A stretch of 64,000 nucleotides of DNA, taken from Schizochytrium sp. TIO01 (taxonomy: Eukaryota > Protista > Bigyra: Labyrinthulomycetes). Positions 46,034 to 58,651 of this stretch are shown here, piece after piece. Where the stretch lies: contig SMSO01000036.1 in assembly GCA_004764695.1 (NCBI GenBank), positions 2,046,001-2,110,000 of the forward strand. The letters are read 5' to 3'. Both the position numbers and the translations under genes were made by a program. The first letter of the stretch is position 1. Each line of letters begins with the position of its first letter. The notes beneath the pieces were generated by a model. The model was not told the origin of the DNA, searched no databases, and saw nothing but the letters and a program-made list of their open reading frames with translations.

Positions 46034-48088
46034 TTACGCCTGGTTTTGAAGTATATGACAACGTGTCATGGCGCTATCAACACCGGAGAGTGCAATGGCA
46101 AGGGCCTCGCTTTCTTCATCAGTGAGTCCTGTATACTGGGACACAAAAGGAGGTGCTGAACGGTGCACTGTGACTGTCGCCACTGCTCTCTTCACAACAT
46201 TGTGCACGATAGATTCTGCAACAGAAATTACCACAGAACGTGTGAAATCGCGCTTGAGTTTCGCGTGGAGCTTGCTAATGAAGGCTCTCTGACTTTGGGC
46301 CTTTTCTCCTGGAGACTCGACAGGTCGCTCACGCCGTCTTTTCAACCATGATTCAAGCCGCCTTGCAGATTTACTTGTACCGTAGGCTCGAATCAAGCGC
46401 TGTACGGGATTGCCTGATCGAGCTGGCCGTGGTTGACCTGGGGGCTTTGGTTTAAATTTAGGTTTTCCAGACAGTGCTATTTGTTCCTGTCTTTGGTTTA
46501 TGTCTTTTGCTTTTGAGGTTTGTTTTTCTGTAGAGTAAGAGGCGAGTTGCCCAACAGATTTTGCTTTAGAACTTGTGACATAACTATCATCTAATTTCTG
46601 ACCACTCTCGTTTCTCTCTGAGACGCTTTTATGAATCTTTGGCAAGAACAAACTGGGCTGTTCGCGAGCATGTGACTTTCTATTCATTTGTCCTATTTCT
46701 GACTTTGGTCCCTTAGCTTTCTTCGGAACACTGTTCTTTTGCACTATTTCTGATTGTGATCCTTTACCTTTTTTTGTAGCGTTCACAGAGTTATTACGGT
46801 TTTGGTCGTTCGTTTCGCATGTCTGAGTTTGCTTTATGCGAGTCGTTTTCTTTCCATAGAGTGGCAATGACGACTCTGACGGGTCGTATTCAATGTCTTT
46901 TTTAAACGCCTCTAGATCATCACACAGATTACTGTCTTCAGCAAGGTAGTCTTTAGTCTCATTATTGTTGTTGCTTGCCTGTGAAATATCTAAGGAGTTC
47001 ATGAGCTCGTCAACGTCGGAATCGTCGAAATCCTCGATTTCGCGAGGCAAATTTGCAGGTGCTCCAGATTCCTGTAACTGGGTTGAGATTTCTTTGCGGA
47101 CAAAAAGTTTTCTGGTATTCCATCTTGGGTAATAATCTGCAGCTGCGACAGCGTCGAGTAATGCAGGGGGCGGCTCAGTATCAACAAGCTCGATCGTGAG
47201 TGGGAACAAGTAGCTGAGCTCATTGTTTGTGCTGAGTCTGAACATGCACACCAACTTTTTCAAACGTTTGGGTTGCAGCTCCTCTGCGTGACGAACAATG
47301 GCAGCAACTGTAGACCTCACCCGATCTTGAAGCTTAGCTCCAAGCCAAGATTCTTCGACATCCCGATACGTGAGTTGATGGTTACTACGGAGAATAGGGT
47401 TAAACTCGTTCACAAAGGAATCTAGGGCGCGCATTTTCTCTACAATTACTGTTTCAGGAGACCTTGCATTCACTCCTGAGCATGTCCGAGCCTCTATAAG
47501 ACAATGGCCGTTCATCCATGTAACTTTAAGGATATGAAAATCCTCTTCAAAATCATGATTTGGTAGTTTGATGATAACTGTTGTGGTCTGGCTATCTGTG
47601 ATAGATTTATGCTCCAAATATGACTGCAATTCCGCACTTGTGAGATACTTGATTCGCTCATTTATACCACGAAATAGTAGAGCAATTTTTGTATTAATAT
47701 TTGATGCGTGCTGCATCAGTTGGATCATGTTTTCGTCCTCCTCTTCTTCATGTTGTTTTTTTGAAGCAGCGGACATAGCCGGTTGGTGAGTATCAACTGC
47801 TTGAAAATCTTGCAAGACATGGTCCAGAGTTAAATTTCTACGATGCTTACACAGCAGAGCTCCATTTTGTTTGGATGAGAAAAACCAGCCAGCAAGAGCT
47901 CCTTGGTGAAACACCAATGTATCCGGAACATGGAATTTACGTTGTACTTGCATTCCTGATGATGTACGTTCATGTAGCCAACCTAAAAGATTCAGGTTAC
48001 TCCCTGACGCAACTTTCTCCTCAAGTGACCATTTCTCAAAGCTTTGACGCGGATTGACCAATGCAGCACGCCGTGCATGCAGTGTCAT
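46034..48088 (-). CDS. Hypothetical protein, 684 aa: N-terminal globular region and disordered basic C-terminal half
   Basis: Long ATG-initiated ORF; a structured-looking motif HVPDTLVF...GWFFSSK..G near the N-terminus; no family recognised. Confidence 0.75.
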   Translation of the reverse strand: MTLHARRAALVNPRQSFEKWSLEEKVASGSNLNLLGWLHERTSSGMQVQRKFHVPDTLVFHQGALAGWFFSSKQNGALLCKHRRNLTLDHVLQDFQAVDTHQPAMSAASKKQHEEEEDENMIQLMQHASNINTKIALLFRGINERIKYLTSAELQSYLEHKSITDSQTTTVIIKLPNHDFEEDFHILKVTWMNGHCLIEARTCSGVNARSPETVIVEKMRALDSFVNEFNPILRSNHQLTYRDVEESWLGAKLQDRVRSTVAAIVRHAEELQPKRLKKLVCMFRLSTNNELSYLFPLTIELVDTEPPPALLDAVAAADYYPRWNTRKLFVRKEISTQLQESGAPANLPREIEDFDDSDVDELMNSLDISQASNNNNETKDYLAEDSNLCDDLEAFKKDIEYDPSESSLPLYGKKTTRIKQTQTCETNDQNRNNSVNATKKGKGSQSEIVQKNSVPKKAKGPKSEIGQMNRKSHAREQPSLFLPKIHKSVSERNESGQKLDDSYVTSSKAKSVGQLASYSTEKQTSKAKDINQRQEQIALSGKPKFKPKPPGQPRPARSGNPVQRLIRAYGTSKSARRLESWLKRRRERPVESPGEKAQSQRAFISKLHAKLKRDFTRSVVISVAESIVHNVVKRAVATVTVHRSAPPFVSQYTGLTDEESEALAIALSGVDSAMTRCHILQNQA

Positions 48089-49008
48089 TATACTTTTGAC
48101 TCCGACTCAATGTATTTACTGCTAGTTTGAGGCGAGTGCTATTACTCCAACTGTTTTGTTTCCGATATTTGTTTCGATGTTGCAGCCTTTCTGTACTGGA
48201 ACTTCGTGCCTAGGCTGCAATGGCACACGCGTCGTCGGGCAGCACGTCCGACGGCAGATCTGATAGAGTTTCCCTCGAATTAAACTGTGTTCACGACTGC
48301 TTCACTCCTTGTTTCAAATTCTTAAGTCGATATCTTAGCTCCTCTGAGCTTAATAAGACACTCAGTGCATTGGAAGCAGCAAAAATTCTCCAACGAAGTT
48401 GTGATTTGAGACTATAGTCCTCGCCACCTCGTGACCAAAACATGCGCATTCACTTCCTGGTGAAGTCCTCTGTTTCCCTAGATCCCCCTCTTCGACGCAA
48501 ACCACACCTCGCAGGGCCATTCCCGTTAATCTTGTAAGATTCCACTTGGGAACGAGGGTTCTGTTCCCAAATACTCCACAAAGAATCCGTTGATTCACGT
48601 ATGCTTTGCACTCCGTGTATTCAGCGGCAGTTAAAAATGCGTTGCGCAGACTAAAACTAGCACCTTCGTACGTATGTACTACTATCATATATTTTCATTG
48701 GGTTCATTTAGCCAAGAACCGTTTACGGAAAACAGTAACAGGTATTAAGGTAGATTGCCTTGAGGAAAGAGAATCAATTAGCAAAAGCTGAGAAGGAGCG
48801 AAGGGAGAATAAATGTTTGCGAAGCAACAATCAGGGCTAGGCTAGCCCATCACTGGAGAACTCTTTGAGAGAAGCAAACGTGCTAGTGCTCCTGGCAAGG
48901 ACATTTGGTGGAAGTCTAATCCGTTGATTTGGACATATTTTTGCCGTAGTTGGGCTGTTTTGTAGCCGTACTGTTCGGGGAGCAAGTGCGATTGAGTGGC
49001 CAGCAAGT

Positions 49009-50103
49009 ATGGGGAGCACGTTTTCACGAGACTCCAAGAACGGAGAAGCTCCACAGGCCGCGGAAAATTCTTTACGAGAGGATAAAGAAATCACTCAGAA
49101 AAGATCTCGAGAAGATGCTGGAATTGCTGACGAAACTTCAGCAGAAGGAAGTGGAACATTAAATTCTGCTGTGGCCACCAAGCGGTCCAAAGTAGGAGCC
49201 TCGATATCTTCAGGCGAAGATGAAACCGAATTAAAGCAGAATATCACTATCTCTGAACCTGAATCCATCAGTGCTGACTGTAACAATGTCAATGCAAATG
49301 CAAAAGATACAGCCGACCAATCCCAGCACGATAGGCCTGGGAAGAAGCAAAAGAAAAAGAAGACAGCGTTGAAGCCCGAGGCGGGTAGCTCGAAACAGTC
49401 TAAAAAGAAGAAGAGCAAAAAGAAACTCAATCTGTCATATTTGTCGCAAGAAGGAGATGCAAGTCGGGAATGGCCTGAACGATTGTTGATCTTCGATATT
49501 AACAATGTTTTAGTTGCGCGAAGCAAGAAGCCTGTACAAGGCCTTGCAGAGAACTTTAGAGACCCACTCGGTTTTCGTGTCTTTGACCGGCCTCACATGA
49601 GAGAACTCTTACACTGGGCTGTCCATGAGCGTGGATACAAAGTTGCGTTATGGACTTCAGCTACTGCGCCCGTGGCTCAGGCTATTGCGAAACATATTTT
49701 CGCAGCCCCTAAATTTAATCTGGAGGAGGATTGCCTTTTCGTGTTCGATCAGTCTGCGTGTGGGCGGAAAGGCCGGACTTCTCAAAATACACCAAACTTC
49801 ACAAAGCCACTTGTGCGTGTGTGGCATGATCCTGATTTTTCCAATAAGTTCTCTGCAGAAAATACGCTGATCCTCGATAACGATCTTGCGAAGTTTGCCA
49901 TGGATGAGGCTAACGCGCTTCATATATCTGTATTTGATCCTACTATTGACAATGAGACTGACGAGCCTGCTGGGGATGGCATTGATGTCGACTTTGGCGA
50001 GAAAGGGGCTCTGTGGAGGTTCCTCGATGCTCTGGCACGTTGTGATGGCGGGGATGTTCGTGCTTTTGTCCAAGACCAACCTCTCAGTAGCTTTCGTTCT
50101 TGA
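49009..50103 (+). CDS. NIF/FCP1-homology HAD-family protein with a Lys-rich N-terminus
   Basis: LLIFDINNVLV (motif I variant), RPHMRELL, VALWTSA, FVFDQSAC, KPL..VW, NTLILDND..K. Confidence 0.85.
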   Translation: MGSTFSRDSKNGEAPQAAENSLREDKEITQKRSREDAGIADETSAEGSGTLNSAVATKRSKVGASISSGEDETELKQNITISEPESISADCNNVNANAKDTADQSQHDRPGKKQKKKKTALKPEAGSSKQSKKKKSKKKLNLSYLSQEGDASREWPERLLIFDINNVLVARSKKPVQGLAENFRDPLGFRVFDRPHMRELLHWAVHERGYKVALWTSATAPVAQAIAKHIFAAPKFNLEEDCLFVFDQSACGRKGRTSQNTPNFTKPLVRVWHDPDFSNKFSAENTLILDNDLAKFAMDEANALHISVFDPTIDNETDEPAGDGIDVDFGEKGALWRFLDALARCDGGDVRAFVQDQPLSSFRS

Positions 50104-50823
50104 TTCAGGCAATAAACCAAAATTGATCGATTTTTACTATTTTATACTCAATTCTATTCAATTTCCCTTTTTAGCTTGAGCGAGAAAGGGAAAGGGCTAA
50201 TCTCTATTTAGATTTAAACCAATTTTAATCAATAAAGTCTGGAGTGCATTTAGATTGATTGGTTTGTAAAACTCAACCTTAATTTCTCAAGAAGCTGCTA
50301 GCTGCAACTATAATTCACTGGTGGTAGGTTACTTTTACAAATGATTTAATCATATTATTAGAGTTGCATTTCCAAGAAAAAATAGAAGAAAATTTTATGT
50401 TCAATTTGCAATTGTTGCTACTGTTGACATCATCCTCTTATTTTGAAGTACTGAACATGCTTCAGAAGAAACAGTATCCCAGTGTGTCTAAAGTTCCCCG
50501 AGCTGGCGTCTATACGTAGGCATCTATGAAGAAATATGAACTTTTCCACCTGAAACCGACACGAGCTTACCCAAAACTTTAGACTTTTATTTCTGTGTCC
50601 TGTTTTTTCTGTTTCTTAGACTCCGTCAGGCCCGGATCACATCTAGAATACATGGCCATCATTTTTAGACGGCTCATTATGTTGCTTTTTGACATGCAGC
50701 AGTCCTCTTCAAAAATTATACCTCAATCTTCAAAAAATCCTACTGCCTCTTCATTGTTGCCCCCACTCCTAGATGGTGTATTTGATTAGGAACTCCTATG
50801 GGTTGATCTTTTCAACAATTCAC

Positions 50824-51397
50824 TCAAACGACTGCTGGTTGGTGGCGTTCATAAGGTATGGGTTTTGATAAGGGTACAGGCAGCCCAGTGCCATAGAGCC
50901 CAGAGCTGCTGTCCTGTGCATCGCTGCCGAATCCGTCCTCATTTAAAGCTGCCACGCAAAGATTGCAGCAGCCGCTGACCGCTGCAAGAGAACCCGCTGC
51001 TACGCACAGGCTCCAGCCTGCGAGGAAGACCGGATAAGCGTCGTCATAGGCTTTCTTTCCCCCAACAGCACTCAGCACTACTGCTACGAAACACGCGGCC
51101 ATCGTGAGCGCGTGCATTATTGCGCCGACGCGGAAGGCGATAAGTGGTCCTGCACGACCGATTGCCACGCATGCAAGGGCCAAGGCTGACGCTGCAATAG
51201 CAATGGAGATGAGGACTTCTACAGCAGTATCCCAGGACTGAAGTCGTGGACCTTGGTCCGCATGGAAGACATGCCAGATTGAAATGGAGACGCCAGTCGA
51301 ACGGGAGCGCCAGTCGATCCAAGAAGAGCATGCAGCGCTAGAGATCGTAAGTGTCCAAGACGACTAACGCCGCAAAGACTGCCATTGAACGCAGCAT
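50824..51397 (-). CDS. Claudin/PMP22-like 4-TM protein #1 (~190 aa; one apparent +1 frameshift near 51361)
   Basis: ATG at 51397 (MLRSMAVFAALV). After removing one base it reads SWTLTISSAACSSWIDW...GVSISIW... into ORF 50824-51183 with three more TMs and AGWSLCVAAG; ends PAVV. Confidence 0.65.
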
Positions 51398-54300
51398 GGC
51401 AAAGGCTCGAGTCGAGACGGTTTATTTGGGTGAGCCATTAAGCTATCAAGATGTTAAAAATTTAGGTACGTTCTTGGTACATAGAGATACCGATCATTCG
51501 GAATTTTGTTGATTGAGAGAAGAATATCTAACGTCGCAGCCCCTACAGAATGCAGTGGTGATGATGACAAGCTGATAGCCGGATGTTTAGACCAGGAGGG
51601 CGAAGTTGATCTATTCTCGTTTACGGTTCGACCTTGATTAATCGAATACCTCCTTTGGTTAACATAAATACGCATTGTGCTTTTCGCCAATTTCTGCAAT
51701 GTTTTCAAGTAAACAGTAAGACTTGAGTTATGGATTCATGAGTCCCAATGTTGGTAATACCCTAGAGGCAAGAGCTCTGCTAGGTTGGCGAGACCCATTA
51801 TTGCAGTGTTGCAGAATCACAATGTATCTGCGGCTTCGAATATAGAGACGACTTTTGGCCTTGGCGATGAAATTCTAACTGTACTCAGATATGCTACTCG
51901 TAGATTTAACTGGCTTGAAAAAACATGTTCGAGCTCACAACAAATGCTTCTTGCTACATATATTAGACGTACTTACCCAATTGTTGTTGCTCCATACAGC
52001 CTATGACAGGTCTATCCTATTTGGAGGTTCTTTTCAAGGTTCCCAATATGTTCCCTTACCCTGGTAAGTAGTTCCTTGCAACTAGCATAAGCGGTTATTA
52101 GAATAAACCAATGTATTTGGGATACAGCTTCAATACCCATGATTGTAGCCATACTCACCAAGCACCGTGGCCTTCGTTTGATAGCACAATAGAGCTTGCA
52201 AACCTTCACGATGTAAACACCAGATACATTATGTTTGTGCCTTTCCTACACGGGACATGTTTGCCAGGAGGTACATACATAATTCAGTAGTATGGCGTGT
52301 CAGCTAGATGCACCTACTTCTCAGATTATTCGTACAACGTAGTTTTTGGTGGTGGCAGTTATTTTGCACGTGGAAAAGCGCAGACGAAAAGCAATACCTG
52401 GCACAAGCAAAAAAGTATTGCATTCCACTTTAAAATTTCTAAAGACAAGCTTTTAGTTAATAAAAAAAGCTGGATCACACTTTGAAATTTCGTCCGGGCA
52501 TCACCATCTATCAATCAGCCAGCTCTACGCCTCGGTTATTGCATCAGAATAAGTTTGCATTTTTCATAGTCTATAGTTATCTGTAAACGCTTCATCTTTC
52601 TAGCATGCGATGGAAACCTCAACCTAGGCTAGATCTACCTCCCATGCCACCTTCATGCAGTAGTAGGTATGTAACATAGCTTTAAGGTTTTGCAAAACAC
52701 TACTCTGTTTTACGTGTTCTAGTATTCAAAGTAAAATGTTTGTATAAATCAATAAATACTAGTGTAGTGGTCGGGAACATACTACCCTTTTCCAGCTCTG
52801 TCCGGCTGTTCACTTTGTCCAAATACACAGGGAAAACCTGCGGTTGGATGCATTTGCACCTTTGTTTGACGACTTCTAATATAGGATATTGGTAAAAAGA
52901 ATAGCAATTGAGGGTGTGTGTTGTAGCACTCGTTTACGAGCATTGCTGTGCACACATATGATCGCTCAATCGATATGGCTCGTTTGGAGTAGAAAATCCG
53001 GCCTGTTGATTCCAATTTCAATCAAGCTGGCTATTTTGGCTCGACCTTCAAACTGGTTAGTACCCTTTTGCAGTTTCCCCGAGGACCCGCACTTGAACAG
53101 GGTCTGCATCAATATCACCAGCATCACCAGCATTATATATTACATTGAACAAAAACCAGTTCAATTGCAAAGGTACCGTAAATCCCTCTCGTGTCAGACG
53201 AAAGTGCAAGCAAAAGAGGGAATCAAGCAAATGATTTTGCAGATGCTGCATGAGGAAGAAGGCCTCGTCAGCACGATGAACAGTAGTTTGTAAACCCCAT
53301 TTCAACATATCTATATAGTGTAAGAGACCTTTGATGTTTCAATGAAGCTGGATGAGTGCCTTATTTTGTTTCATATGGTCATCGATCTCACTGAGGCCAC
53401 TCCTTTAAATCTTTCAGTACTCAAGCCAAAACAAGGAATGACCCATTGTATAGTCACTCAATACACTATATGATGCGAATACATATAGGCACGTGATATA
53501 AAAGTTTTAATTTAAAATAGTAGTTAAATTTCTAAGTGTTTTAATTTTAATTTTAATTTTAATTTTAAAAACAAATGTAGAAGAACTTGACAGAAAAGGA
53601 ATGATTATTGTGGCTCCCTCGGCCCGGCATATGGAAACGTTTCATCTGCGGATGAAATTTTTACTTTTCATAGCCTCAGGCCTTCAAAAAAAACCAATAC
53701 AATCCTTGGTGGCCAGAAGAGAAAACTTGCGTTCGTGGAGTGCCTTTTTAAGAGCGTGTGCAGTTGTTTTATTCACACACGGACTGACATCACTCTCAGA
53801 GCCACCACCTAGTTAGAGGCTACTCCTGGGCTACTCCTATGAATTGCTTTACTCGGTAGCTAGCAAAGAGATTACTTTCATCATGCAAAGATAGGAGTAG
53901 CCTCTAACTAACTGACGATATCGAGAGAAGCTTAGTATAGTTATTGGCAGCCACTGAAGCAAATCAAATCACTAGGCTATCTAGAAGTGTAGTTAACACG
54001 GTATTGGAAGTAAGTTCGCCGTAGAGATTATGCAGCTTATCTTTAAAAATAAATAAATAAATAAATAAATGTTATTTCTTAAAGCAAAGTCCAATAACTA
54101 TGATCAGGAAATAGAGAAGTAATAAGCGCATCAGTCAGAGCACTGACGCTGAGCAAAAATATTAATCCCTCAGCAAAAGCGGCAGCAGAAGCAGCTGTTG
54201 GTTAGATAGTTAGTTAGTCCCTGGGCTTTTACCCACCTCTAAACTGAGCAAGCTGAGCGTAAGTTAAGAGCTTCTCTACCAGATATTCAACATTACCTAC

Positions 54301-56149
54301 GAGTGCTCCGCCCAGAAGACAATCCATACTTCTTAATCGTCGCTGTTTTTGGTCAGTACTACACTCACATAACTTCGAGTTAAACAACCTTCTGCTAACT
54401 GGAGGTTTAATGTCGAAGCGACCTTTTCTTTTTAATTTGGGATAGAGAGCCACAAAGCAAAGGATGAGGTCACCCACTATATTGAACCTGCGGCTACTCG
54501 CCAAGGAGGAACACCCCTGGGGTGATTCGAACTAAATGTACTGAATGATGATTGTGCACGGAGCAGGGGCAGCTAAATACCTAGCTAGAGGAGTTTGCTC
54601 ACTGTTATGATGGATGGAGAGAGAGAATAAGAATAAGAATTTGGAAGCTTGTTCATGCTCAGCCTGAACTTTCATTATGGTTCGTTCATAATGAAAATGA
54701 CGCCTTGCAATTGCATTGCGGCAAGCAAACAAATGTGCCATTTCGGTCAATGACAAACTCTACTGGACACCAGCGCATTGCAGCGCGCAAAGTTCGGGCT
54801 CTGCTCGAATTGTGGTCCACGACTCACGACTCACGACTCACCACTCACCACCGAGGTGGGTGGGTACCTACTGTCATGAGCAGTTCTACCTGTTCGAGGT
54901 TAATCATCATTAAAATACTTTAGTATGTAAACAAACGCCTGCCAGTGGTTGAATGTGAGCACACGCCCTGTTTAGTTTCGTGGCTTTAAATCAACGAAAT
55001 TAATTTTTAACATAGATCTACTACTTTGGGACGAGGAAAGGGTATCTCTATTGATTCCTCTGGAGCATTGCTAGTTGAACATATCCCCAGCACTCAGCAA
55101 GAACTTGTTGTAAAAACACTTGATAAAAGGCTTGGAGGTATACAATACTACAATCTTGAAAGTCAGAAATTTGAGTAATTTTCTTTCGTAAGCTAAGGCT
55201 ATAAATTCCATATTCTTTATCATTGTGGCATTTAGTGTAGTTTCCATCATGTTACAAAGTGAGTACTTCAATACCCTCTCTCGACTGGCTTAGGGGATAG
55301 GGCTCTGTGCATGCAATTATATAAGACTAGCTGCCATCTATACTTAGCATGCTCCATTCTCTATCGAGAATCTGCACCAACACAATAAAATTTGCTCCTC
55401 CGTCAGGATGCCGCAGAGAATACAACATGTTTCTCGATCTCTGTAGTTAGGTAATTCCTTTTAAAAAGTGAAACAGATCATGAACATGATAATAAAGACT
55501 CTAAAACCCTTACCAAAGCTGCAATCATTGTAGCTTTATTCAAGTGAAAGGATCGATTGTAAAATGCTCTGACTATTGACTCTCAAATGAGCTGTACCAG
55601 AGGCTGAATTTTCGGTGAACTTGAAACCTGCAAGCAAGAAGGTTAAAAATCATATCTTCGATATTACGAGTCACATGGACTAAATTTGTCATGCTGGAAA
55701 CCTTTTACGACGGGCACTCGCCCCTATCGATCCCCCCTTCGTTTGGTCGTGTTCCCACGTTAAAATTCAGACACATATATGAGCTTGAGCTTTCATGCAC
55801 GGGTGCAAAGTGTCCAAAAGTGATAACTGTGGCCCGTGTTTTCCAGCAGAGGATTGAAGATCGCTTGAAGGGGGATAATAAATAAACTACCTACCAGTTA
55901 TCTTGAGCTCATATTGCCAAAAACTGACAGCATAGAACTGTTAGGCTTTGCTCTTAAGCTCAAACAGTCTTACACATCCCTGCCATAGTGTTTGCCTTAG
56001 GAAGAACAAAGGCTAGCTAGCTAGACCTTTGTAATTGTCATTACAAAGTTGAAAGAGCACAATTTAGAATCAGCGCGTGCAGAAAGCAAACCCCGAACGG
56101 TCGAACAAGAATCAAACATTTGATAAAATAAAATCAAGGAGATTGCACC

Positions 56150-56668
56150 ATGAACAAGCTTCTCATTGCACCCTGTGTCACAGCGTGGCTTGCTCTTATC
56201 TTTGGTATCATTGGTGTTTCTGGTTCATGGATTGGAGTTGATTTCCACTCTGCCTATGTTTCCATTAGCGAGTCTGCCGGTATTACGGGTTATGAAAAGG
56301 GGTCTGTTGAGTATATTACGAGTATTCTCGCTGGTATTGCTGTTGGATGCGCCATCATTGCAGCTATCGCATCTATTGTCGCCTTTTGCGTCCATGATGC
56401 AAGGGCGTCTCTCATTACGACAGCTATCTCCAGCTTCCTGTCTATCGTATTCTCAGTCAGCGCCTTTGCTTACTACTGTGATCAATACAATGAATCCATT
56501 GATAGTATCATTGAGGCTGGTGGCAGCGCGACGTATTCTTATGGCTTCGGATTTGAAATTGCCGCTTTCATCCTTGCATTGATTTGCTTGGGCTCATCCC
56601 TCTTTGCCTACAAGAGAAGCAGCAGCACTCCATCCACCAACATCACCATGGTTGATAGCAAGGTTTAA
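56150..56668 (+). CDS. Claudin/PMP22/amastin-like 4-TM protein #2 (172 aa)
   Basis: Four hydrophobic segments; G.W after TM1; YSYGFGF before TM4; ends DSKV; evident paralog of 58133-58651. Confidence 0.85.
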   Translation: MNKLLIAPCVTAWLALIFGIIGVSGSWIGVDFHSAYVSISESAGITGYEKGSVEYITSILAGIAVGCAIIAAIASIVAFCVHDARASLITTAISSFLSIVFSVSAFAYYCDQYNESIDSIIEAGGSATYSYGFGFEIAAFILALICLGSSLFAYKRSSSTPSTNITMVDSKV

Positions 56669-57695
56669 GAAAAATATACATTTTTGTTTTTAGTTGTTCC
56701 TGCTCCAAAACATATCAAACAATGAGCCTCTAAGTCATGCAAAATGGTTATCAAATAGGCTTTAGTGTGAAGGGTCCAGAAATGACTCCAGGTCGAGGTC
56801 GGGTTCAATCTCATTCCAAGGCAAAACGGACTTCAAACTGGAAAACAGTTCATGCGCAAAAAATGAAAGCGATCAAGTATTGCACGAACGAGGTTATAGA
56901 ATTTACGAACAGGATATTGAGCTAGGATAAAAAAGGGAACGGGGTGGGTGAGATGACTCTGATGAGATGACTCTGGTTAGCCAGAAAAACTTTTGCTAAA
57001 CTACAGTGCAGACAAAACGCTTCGAACGACCAGATTTGATCATGAAGGAGAATTCACCAATTGGTGTAAAACGGACATATTTTAGCGCACGGTTTTCGAC
57101 ACGTAGGAGTTGTCAGGACAGAACCAAAAGATTGCGAAGCTGTGTGCCAGAAATTAGCAAAGAATTCAAATCTTGTTCTAAATTTCATTTATAAAGGAAA
57201 GTATTTGATGTACTGTTTCAATTAAAGAAAAAGTGACATTCTCTAAAAATCAAAAACCGCCAAACTAAAGGAGATGCTACTCAAGTACATGGACAGGGTG
57301 GGAGAAGATAGAAGGACATTGTTTGTACTTGTTTATTCATAAGATAGTGTATACGGTAGGACAGTCCTGCACGCATCCCGAAGCTGATGCTAAAATGACT
57401 GTTGTTCGTTGCAGGGACGTAAGGATTCTCCTGCAAACTATAGAGAGTGCATTGTGATAGAAATACATTGCTATTATTTGTTTGGGAACAGGATACTTCC
57501 GATTGTGACAGAATGAGGAATCAAAGCATATCTGAGACATTTCGTAAAAGTAACGGATAAATTTAAAATAAAAAGTCACGTGGAAAATCTCGTATATTGA
57601 TTTGAACAAAAGTTTTTCTATGTATAGTTGTTTTGATGTCATATCAAAGCTAGCGCATGGCCCTTGAGTCGGACAAATTCGGCAAACAACATGTA

Positions 57696-57726
<31 letters not shown>

Positions 57727-58132
57727 CAGATAACAAAAGTTGAAATTGACAAGAGTTCTTCTTTGGTAACATGATAACTTGACGTAGTGGCATATAGTAG
57801 TAGAGAGGAGAAGATAAAAAGATCAGCAATGCCCAACCCATACCACTGTCATAATAGTAAATAAATTAAAGTGCGTAAACCAACGAGTTTATAATAATCA
57901 TAAGAAAATAAGATGCAATTCTTTCTGTGAGTAAATATACAAAACAATGCTGTCTTCAACCAAATCCTTTTCTTGAGATTGCGATTATCAAGCAGTGCTC
58001 TTCAGCATAACCATATTGAAGGCAGAGCTTTGAGATCAAAAATTTCAAAGTAAAAACGAAACGCTGAGCAGATTTATCCCTAGTTACATAGTATTGTCTG
58101 TTGATACCTTAAAAGAGTCATAAATCCTCAAA

Positions 58133-58651
58133 ATGAACCGGTTTGCGATCGCACCGTCGGTTTTCGCTTGGCTTTCTGCAATCTGCGGCATCATCGGACT
58201 TGTTGGTATATGGGTATCAGGTGAATATTCTACCCTCTTCTTCACCTACACATTTGACGCCGGCATCATTGGCTACAACCCCGGCTCTGTTGAATATATT
58301 GCCACTATCATGGCTAGTATTGCTCTTACGTGCGCCTTTCTCGCCGCTATCTTGTCATCTGTTGCAATTTGTGTTGATTCATTTACATTTGGTCTTGTTC
58401 TCTCCGCCTTCTTTAGCTTCATTACTGTTGCATTGTCCCTTACCGCATTTTCGTACTATGTTGCCGCTTACCGAAAGGATGTTTCAGATTATGGTTTTAA
58501 ATTCTCATTTGGATTTGCATGTGAGGTTGTGGCCTTTGCATTTGCCTTGATTTGCTTTATTGTGTCTATTGTTGGCAAGGTAAAGTCATCGCAAAATCCC
58601 TCGCAGAGATCTTCTGAAAAGCATCCTGTGGCAATGGCTGAGAGGGTCTAA
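58133..58651 (+). CDS. Claudin/PMP22/amastin-like 4-TM protein #3 (172 aa)
   Basis: Shares IAP.V.AWL, GIIG..G.W, AGI.GY..GSVEYI, AF.YY and GF..E..AF..ALIC with #2; ends AERV. Confidence 0.85.
   Translation: MNRFAIAPSVFAWLSAICGIIGLVGIWVSGEYSTLFFTYTFDAGIIGYNPGSVEYIATIMASIALTCAFLAAILSSVAICVDSFTFGLVLSAFFSFITVALSLTAFSYYVAAYRKDVSDYGFKFSFGFACEVVAFAFALICFIVSIVGKVKSSQNPSQRSSEKHPVAMAERV

Noticed and set aside
51500-56100. Possible additional decayed tetraspan copy or mobile element in the 4.7 kb gap
   Set aside because: No ORF or fragment with the family's TM pattern, and no terminal repeats or transposase motifs seen.
56760-56825. tRNA-like GGTTCAATC (B-box/T-loop) motif
   Set aside because: I could not fold a cloverleaf or find an acceptor stem; tRNAscan-SE would settle it.
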